From positions 1 to 43,089 of the forward strand of contig JAADIO010000031.1 of the NCBI GenBank assembly GCA_013151235.1: a DNA stretch of 43,089 nt. Direction: 5' to 3'. The stretch is from Deltaproteobacteria bacterium (GTDB lineage: Bacteria > CG2-30-53-67). The position numbers and the translations under genes are program-made. This document shows, piece after piece, positions 37,520 to 43,089 of the stretch; the first letter of the stretch is position 1; each line of letters opens with the position of its first letter. A model generated the notes under the pieces. The model was not told where the DNA came from. It worked only from the letters and a program-made list of their open reading frames with translations, and did not search any database.

Positions 37520-37559
37520 CCCCTCCTCCTTTCGCCATTCCCAAGAAACATTACTGAGT

Positions 37560-39152
37560 TTAACCACACGCTTTTAAAACACAAGGGACCTCATGTAAAA
37601 GATCCCGGGCAATCAGACTCCGTTTTCCCAAACGACCGGCTGCTCGATCCCCGCACAGCCCATGGATATAAACACCGGCCTTCGACGCCGCCAGGGGATT
37701 CATTCCCTGTGCGACCAGCCCGGCAATCATCCCTGTGAGCAGGTCCCCCATCCCGGCGGTTCCCATGCCGGAATTCCCTGTCGTGTTGATCCAGCACCGC
37801 CCCCCGGGATCGGCAATCACGGTCCGGGCTCCCTTGAGAATGAGGATCACCCCGAACTCCCTTGCAAAAGAACGGGCCAGGTCAATCCGCAGCGTAGTCA
37901 GGACTTCTTTTGAGACCCCCGTTAACCGGGCCATCTCTCCCGGATGAGGCGTCAGGATCAGAGGGGCCTTCGCCTTCCGGAGGATCTCAGGATCCGCAGC
38001 AATCTGGTTAATCCCGTCGGCATCAAGAATCACGGGAATCCGGACCGTTTGTATGAGGGATCGTACCATTTCCCCCGTCTCCGGGTCAAGACCGATTCCG
38101 GGGCCGACAGCCACCACGTTTTTCCCTTTGGCGGCCTGTAAAATTGACCTCAGGGAGGCAGGCGTCAGATGGTCCCGGTCCGAATCATCGAGCGGGATGA
38201 CAATCCCTTCCATCAGCCGTTTCAGAAAGGTCCCCTCGATTGAAGACGGCAGGGCGGCATAGACCAGGCCGGTCCCCACTCGAAGAGCCGAAAGTGCCGT
38301 CATCACCGCCGCCCCCGGCATCCCCTTGGAGCCGGCAACCAAAAGAACCTTTCCGACACTCCCCTTGTGGGCATCCGCACGCCGTTTCGGAAGTAACCGG
38401 AGGATCTCGTCACCGATCCATTCCACAAGGATCCCGGCCTTCTCCACGCATTCCACGGGAAGGCTGATGTCGGCAATCACGACATGGCCTGCAACGGATA
38501 AAGAAGGATACTGAGTGAGGGAGATCTTCGACAGGCCGAAGGTAACCGTCAGATCGGCCTCCACCACCTCTCCCAGGACAGCGGAGGTATCGGCGGAAAG
38601 ACCGCTGGGAAGATCAACGGAAATCACCGGGCCGGCATAACGATTGATCCGCTTAATCACTTCGGCAATCATTCCCCGAACCGGCGGTTTGATCCCCGTC
38701 CCAAGGAGGGCATCAATGACCAGATCACATCGACTCAAATACGATGCCAGAGAACGCAATCCACTATTCGTGGTCACGGGAACCAGAGGGATCTTCATCA
38801 TCCGACAGATCCGCAGGTTGGTCGCAGCATCCCCCCGGAGAAGATTCGGATCCCCCGGAAGAAAGAGATGCACCCCGGCCCCCCGGTTTGAAAGATGACG
38901 GGCTACGGCAAAACCATCCCCTCCGTTGTTCCCCTTCCCGCAGATTACAACCACCTTTTTCCCACAGAGGTCCCCGTACCGTTCCTCCATAGCACGGACC
39001 ACCCCGAGAGCTGCGTTTTCCATCAGGACGATGCCGGGAATCCCGTATCGTTCAATGACCTCCCGGTCAAGAGCACGCATCTGCTCGGCAGTAGCGACCT
39101 TGTGCGAAGATGGAGCCGGATCAGATTTCTTCCTGTCCTTCATCTGTTTCAT
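37560..39152 (-). CDS. nnr: Bifunctional NAD(P)HX epimerase/dehydratase
   Basis: LMENAA, GKGNNGGDG, HKGSVG, LTPHPGEM and GMGDLL motifs. Confidence 0.93.
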   Translation of the reverse strand: MKQMKDRKKSDPAPSSHKVATAEQMRALDREVIERYGIPGIVLMENAALGVVRAMEERYGDLCGKKVVVICGKGNNGGDGFAVARHLSNRGAGVHLFLPGDPNLLRGDAATNLRICRMMKIPLVPVTTNSGLRSLASYLSRCDLVIDALLGTGIKPPVRGMIAEVIKRINRYAGPVISVDLPSGLSADTSAVLGEVVEADLTVTFGLSKISLTQYPSLSVAGHVVIADISLPVECVEKAGILVEWIGDEILRLLPKRRADAHKGSVGKVLLVAGSKGMPGAAVMTALSALRVGTGLVYAALPSSIEGTFLKRLMEGIVIPLDDSDRDHLTPASLRSILQAAKGKNVVAVGPGIGLDPETGEMVRSLIQTVRIPVILDADGINQIAADPEILRKAKAPLILTPHPGEMARLTGVSKEVLTTLRIDLARSFAREFGVILILKGARTVIADPGGRCWINTTGNSGMGTAGMGDLLTGMIAGLVAQGMNPLAASKAGVYIHGLCGDRAAGRLGKRSLIARDLLHEVPCVLKACG

Positions 39153-39170
39153 AGCAAGATTGAGCTTTCA

Positions 39171-39237
39171 GTGTGCCTGTGTGCCTGAGACCCCTGCTCC
39201 CCAGGTCTATCCCCGTGTTCTCCGTGTTCCCCGTGGT
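39171..39237. repeat. Short tandem repeats in the pdxJ-nnr spacer
   Basis: GTGTGCCT x2 (39171-39186) and CYCCGTGKT x3 (39211-39237). Confidence 0.55.
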
Positions 39238-39255
39238 TCATTGCTTTTGCTCTTA

Positions 39256-39969
39256 TCAGCCTACCAATGCCTTCATCTCCCGGACGGCCCGCTCCAGACC
39301 GATCAGGATCGCCCGGGCGATGATGCTGTGACCGATATTGAATTCCTCGATCGCGGCAATCTCCGCGACGGGCGCAACATTCCGATAGGTCAGTCCGTGT
39401 CCGGCATGAATGCCGACTCCCACATCACAGGCGATTTCCACGGCCCGGACAATCCGCTTCAGTTCCCGCTCACGGTCACGGGCGCTGCGTGCATTGGCAT
39501 ACAGTCCGGTATGAATTTCCACGGCATCCGCCGACAGCTCTTTGGCGGCAATCACCTGCCGGGGGTCCGGATCAACAAAAAGGCTGACTTCGATCTTTTT
39601 CTTTCGTAATTTCCGGATCGGCTCCTTCAGACCTTTCGCCAGGGAGACAACATCGAGTCCCCCTTCCGTGGTCAGTTCCTGCCTCTTCTCCGGAACCAGG
39701 CAGACGGCATCGGGCTGTTCCTTCAGGGCGATCTTCACCATCTCCGGGGTCGCCGCCATCTCCAGATTCAGCTTTGACTGCACCACCTGCCGGATCAGCG
39801 TGAGGTCCCGGTCCTGAATATGACGCCGGTCCTCCCGAAGATGGATGGTAATCCCGTCAGCCCCGGCCAGTTCCGCAAGGATTGCCGCCGCCACCGGATC
39901 CGGTTCCGTCGTCAGCCTTGCCTGACGAACCGTCGCCACATGATCGATATTGACACCCAGACGTGCCAA
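39256..39969 (-). CDS. pdxJ: Pyridoxine 5'-phosphate synthase
   Basis: [27 protein letters not shown] and AGHGL motifs. Confidence 0.97.
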   Translation of the reverse strand: MARLGVNIDHVATVRQARLTTEPDPVAAAILAELAGADGITIHLREDRRHIQDRDLTLIRQVVQSKLNLEMAATPEMVKIALKEQPDAVCLVPEKRQELTTEGGLDVVSLAKGLKEPIRKLRKKKIEVSLFVDPDPRQVIAAKELSADAVEIHTGLYANARSARDRERELKRIVRAVEIACDVGVGIHAGHGLTYRNVAPVAEIAAIEEFNIGHSIIARAILIGLERAVREMKALVG

Positions 39970-39999
39970 AGCATACTCCTTTCTTGGCAGAGAGAGACC

Positions 40000-41355
40000 T
40001 TATGCCCCGATCTGCCGTTGAATGACCTCGGCAATAGATCGGGCCATCTCGTCAATCGTATCCTGATCCGGTCCTTCAATCATGACCCGCGCCTTCGGTT
40101 CGGTACCGGAATAGCGGACCAGGACCCGCCCTTCTTCCCGGAGTTGTCCCTCCACCCGTTGAATCTCGGACCGGACCTCCGGAATCGCTTGTAATGGAAG
40201 TTTTTCCCGCACCATCACATTTAACAGGGTCTGCGGGTAGGTCGTCATCATCGAAGCCAATTCCGAAAGTTTCTTCCCGCTCCGCTTCATGAGGGAGAGG
40301 ACCTGCAGTGCGGAAAGGACACCATCTCCCGTCGTGTTGTAATCCATGAAAAGAATATGGCCGGACTGTTCCCCACCGAGATTGTAGCCGGAGCGGATCA
40401 TCTCTTCGGCCACGTAACGGTCCCCGACCTTCGTCCGAATCACCCGGATTCCCGCCTCTTTTAGAGCAACTTCCAACCCCATGTTACTCATCACCGTGGT
40501 CACCAGGGTGTTGCCCTGCAAGCCCCCCCGGTCTTTCATGTCAATGGCGGAAAAGACCATCACCGGGTCCCCGTTGACCTCCCTGCCTTCTTCATCGGAG
40601 AAAATGACCCGGTCGCCGTCCCCATCAATGGAAATTCCAATATCGGCCTGGTGTTCCCGCACGGCCTTGCAGATCACTTCCGGATGAAGGGAGCCGCACC
40701 CCTTGTTGATATTGCAACCGTCCGGCCGGTCTCCGAGAACAAGGACCTCCGCACCCAACTCCTGGAAAACGAGAGGAGCCGCCTTGTACGCCGCCCCATT
40801 GGCACAGTCGACCACGATCTTCATCCCCACGAGATCATATTCCTTGGGAAAGGCCGTCTTGATATAGGAGACATACCGCCCTTCGGCATCATCAATCCGG
40901 TAGGCCTTGCCGACCTCCCCGGCCGTCGGACGGATGGAGTCGATATCGTCGGAAAAGATCAGCGCCTCCATATTCGCCTCCATCTCATCGGGGAGTTTGG
41001 TCCCCTCGGCGGAAAAGAACTTGATTCCATTATCCTGATAAGGATTGTGAGAAGCGGAAATCACCACCCCGGCATCGGCCCGGAGGTTCTTTGTCAAAAA
41101 GGCAATGGCCGGTGTCGGGAGGGGACCTACGAGAAGGACGTCGACCCCCATGGAACAGATCCCGGACATGAGCGCGCTCTCCAGCATGTATCCGGAAAGA
41201 CGTGTGTCCTTTCCGATCATGATTTTATGCCGGCCCTCTTTGGATTTCTTGAAAATATGCGCCGCCGCCCGTCCCAGCTTGACCGCCGTTTCCACATTCA
41301 TGGGATAGACATTCGCCACGCCCCTGACCCCGTCCGTTCCAAAAAGTTTACCCAA
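40000..41355 (-). CDS. glmM: Phosphoglucosamine mutase
   Basis: [28 protein letters not shown] and SGTEP motifs; TTG start after AGGAGGG. Confidence 0.96.
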   Translation of the reverse strand: MGKLFGTDGVRGVANVYPMNVETAVKLGRAAAHIFKKSKEGRHKIMIGKDTRLSGYMLESALMSGICSMGVDVLLVGPLPTPAIAFLTKNLRADAGVVISASHNPYQDNGIKFFSAEGTKLPDEMEANMEALIFSDDIDSIRPTAGEVGKAYRIDDAEGRYVSYIKTAFPKEYDLVGMKIVVDCANGAAYKAAPLVFQELGAEVLVLGDRPDGCNINKGCGSLHPEVICKAVREHQADIGISIDGDGDRVIFSDEEGREVNGDPVMVFSAIDMKDRGGLQGNTLVTTVMSNMGLEVALKEAGIRVIRTKVGDRYVAEEMIRSGYNLGGEQSGHILFMDYNTTGDGVLSALQVLSLMKRSGKKLSELASMMTTYPQTLLNVMVREKLPLQAIPEVRSEIQRVEGQLREEGRVLVRYSGTEPKARVMIEGPDQDTIDEMARSIAEVIQRQIGA

Positions 41356-41415
41356 TGGACTTTCCCTCCTGTTCAATAACTATTCTTAATTCTGATTGTA
41401 ATCCTCCCGGACCGC

Positions 41416-42372
41416 CTACTTTCCTTTGTGTCGCTTTTTCTCCGCAGGTGCTTTCTTCAACAGAATCCCGACATGGATGGTCTCCGGTATCATCTTGACC
41501 ATGTGAACCGACGGAGGAAGAACAACTTCAGGAGTCACATCAAAGGTCCCGCTCATTTGCGGTGCAGGAACAATCACCCGGATATTGCTCCCCGGAATCA
41601 ACTCCCGAATAATTTTCTCCGGACCGGAGAGGGTGAGACTGACCTTGTCCGGCTTCAGAACGATTTTTTGATAGGTCCCCCTCACCTGGACCGGTAGTGC
41701 CTTGAAGGTTCGTTCCAGAGTTTTAACGACAATCCCGACCTTCACCTTGACCTTGTGATCTCCCTTGATATGAACATTTCCATTCAGAGGTTTCAGATCA
41801 GCCTCCACGGTAAAAGATTGTTTCTTCCCGAAGAGTTCAATATGATGCGTCTCGATCTCTTCCTGCCCGAGCAGGGCCTCTTCTAATCCCAGCACGGGAA
41901 CCTTGGTCGGCGAAACCTCTATGCGGCCGAGTTTGTACCCTTGTGCCGGGGCGCCTAAAAAGGAGGGGACCACGAGAAGCCACTTTTCGGTCAGCCGGTC
42001 AAGTTGAATGGTAAATCGGGAGGGGCTGACCCGGACGACCGAGAGCCCTTCGGGAAGTTGAATCTCTTCCGGGAAGATCGTCATATTGTTCTCCCCTTCC
42101 CGTGCATCGGTCAGGTCGAGGATCACATGAATCTGCTTTGTGTCGAGGGATCGCAGTGCCCCCCGCCGGCCCCGAACCCGGACATTCACATAGTTGATCA
42201 CATCGTTACTGATGATCATATTTCCGGGGATGTTCGTGATGGTCAGCGGAACGACAAAAAACTCCTCGCCGCTCTCGCCTCCCACGATGGAAATCCAAAG
42301 GAAGACGGCAAAAACAAGGGAAAAAACCTTGATCCAGAAATCCTTCAGCACGGTATCCGTAATCCGTCCCAT
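41416..42372 (-). CDS. cdaR: YbbR-domain diadenylate cyclase regulator
   Basis: N-terminal TM (KVFSLVFAVFLW) and repeated YbbR-like beta domains; lies between cdaA and glmM. Confidence 0.85.
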   Translation of the reverse strand: MGRITDTVLKDFWIKVFSLVFAVFLWISIVGGESGEEFFVVPLTITNIPGNMIISNDVINYVNVRVRGRRGALRSLDTKQIHVILDLTDAREGENNMTIFPEEIQLPEGLSVVRVSPSRFTIQLDRLTEKWLLVVPSFLGAPAQGYKLGRIEVSPTKVPVLGLEEALLGQEEIETHHIELFGKKQSFTVEADLKPLNGNVHIKGDHKVKVKVGIVVKTLERTFKALPVQVRGTYQKIVLKPDKVSLTLSGPEKIIRELIPGSNIRVIVPAPQMSGTFDVTPEVVLPPSVHMVKMIPETIHVGILLKKAPAEKKRHKGK

Positions 42373-42391
42373 CTCGTTCCTCCGAAATCCC

Positions 42392-43089
42392 TTATCCCAG
42401 AATCGGCCGTTTCGTCTGTTTCCGCTGGGGCTGTGTCAGATTTGTCAGGACGCGGCGCAGGGCCTGTGCATCCAGATCCCGGGTGATCTTCCCCCCGATC
42501 ACCACGGAGATGGTCCCCGTCTCTTCGGAGACGACCACCACAATGGCATCGGTTTCTTCCGTAATCCCCACTGCGGCACGATGCCGGGTCCCTAATTCCT
42601 TGCTCAGATTCAGGTTGAGCGTCAGGGGAAGAAAACAGCCGGCGGCCTTGATACGATTCTTTCGGACAATGACCGCTCCATCATGAATCGGCGAATAGGG
42701 AAGAAAAATGCTCAGGAGAATTTCTTTGCTCAATTTTGAATCGAGGATCGTTCCCATCTCGATCAACCCTTCGGTATTGTTCTCCCGTTCAATCAGGATC
42801 AGCGCCCCGATCTTCCGGCTCGCCATAGTCGTCGACGCCTTGACCAGCTCGTCAATGGTCTTCGCCTCCGCCTCCGGATTCAAAGTATAAAAAAGGGGGT
42901 TCCGACCCACATGGGCCAGCGCCCGGCGGATCTCGGGTTGGAAGATGATCAACACCCCCAAAGCCAGATAGGCCCAGAGATTGTTCAAAAGCCAACTAAT
43001 GGTATAGAATTTCGCCCATTTGAAGAGAAAAGAGGACATGACCAGAATGGTCAGCCCCAGGAGCATCTGCAGCGCCCGGGTCCCCTTGA
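42392..43089 (-). CDS. cdaA: Diadenylate cyclase CdaA/DacA (5' end outside the window)
   Basis: KGTRALQML, FQPEIRRAL, HDGA, GTRHRAA and VSEETG motifs. Confidence 0.95.
   Translation of the reverse strand, partial: KGTRALQMLLGLTILVMSSFLFKWAKFYTISWLLNNLWAYLALGVLIIFQPEIRRALAHVGRNPLFYTLNPEAEAKTIDELVKASTTMASRKIGALILIERENNTEGLIEMGTILDSKLSKEILLSIFLPYSPIHDGAVIVRKNRIKAAGCFLPLTLNLNLSKELGTRHRAAVGITEETDAIVVVVSEETGTISVVIGGKITRDLDAQALRRVLTNLTQPQRKQTKRPILG

Overview
A 43 kb bacterial chromosome segment. Gene order (pheST-infC-thrS, dusB-ntrBC, cdaA-cdaR-glmM-pdxJ-nnr-CBS-tsaE, DUF507 pair) suggests a deltaproteobacterium-like (Desulfobacterota-type) organism; this is inference. Most of the window is housekeeping: translation genes, tRNA-Met and tRNA-Val, tsaD/tsaE, murJ, argCJ, rplM/rpsI, a c-di-AMP module and a prkA/yeaG-yeaH-spoVR operon. 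The accessory content is: (1) the AT-rich end of an island integrated at the tRNA-Met 3' end (1-1260), with IHF sites, tandem arm-like repeats, a second recombinase-like site and an unknown two-gene operon running off the window; (2) two copies of a 163/171-bp MITE with terminal inverted repeats, target duplications and an internal REP-IHF-REP core, each sitting exactly at a gene junction; (3) a signalling/stress cluster (4334-9647) with several catalytically degenerate proteins: a sensorless histidine pseudokinase coupled to a REC-PAS-LuxR regulator, a Cys-less TusA-fold protein next to a 4-Cys MerR regulator with a perfect 26-bp operator, and a ferritin-like protein with an altered ferroxidase site. 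Family calls come from motif recognition, not database searches.
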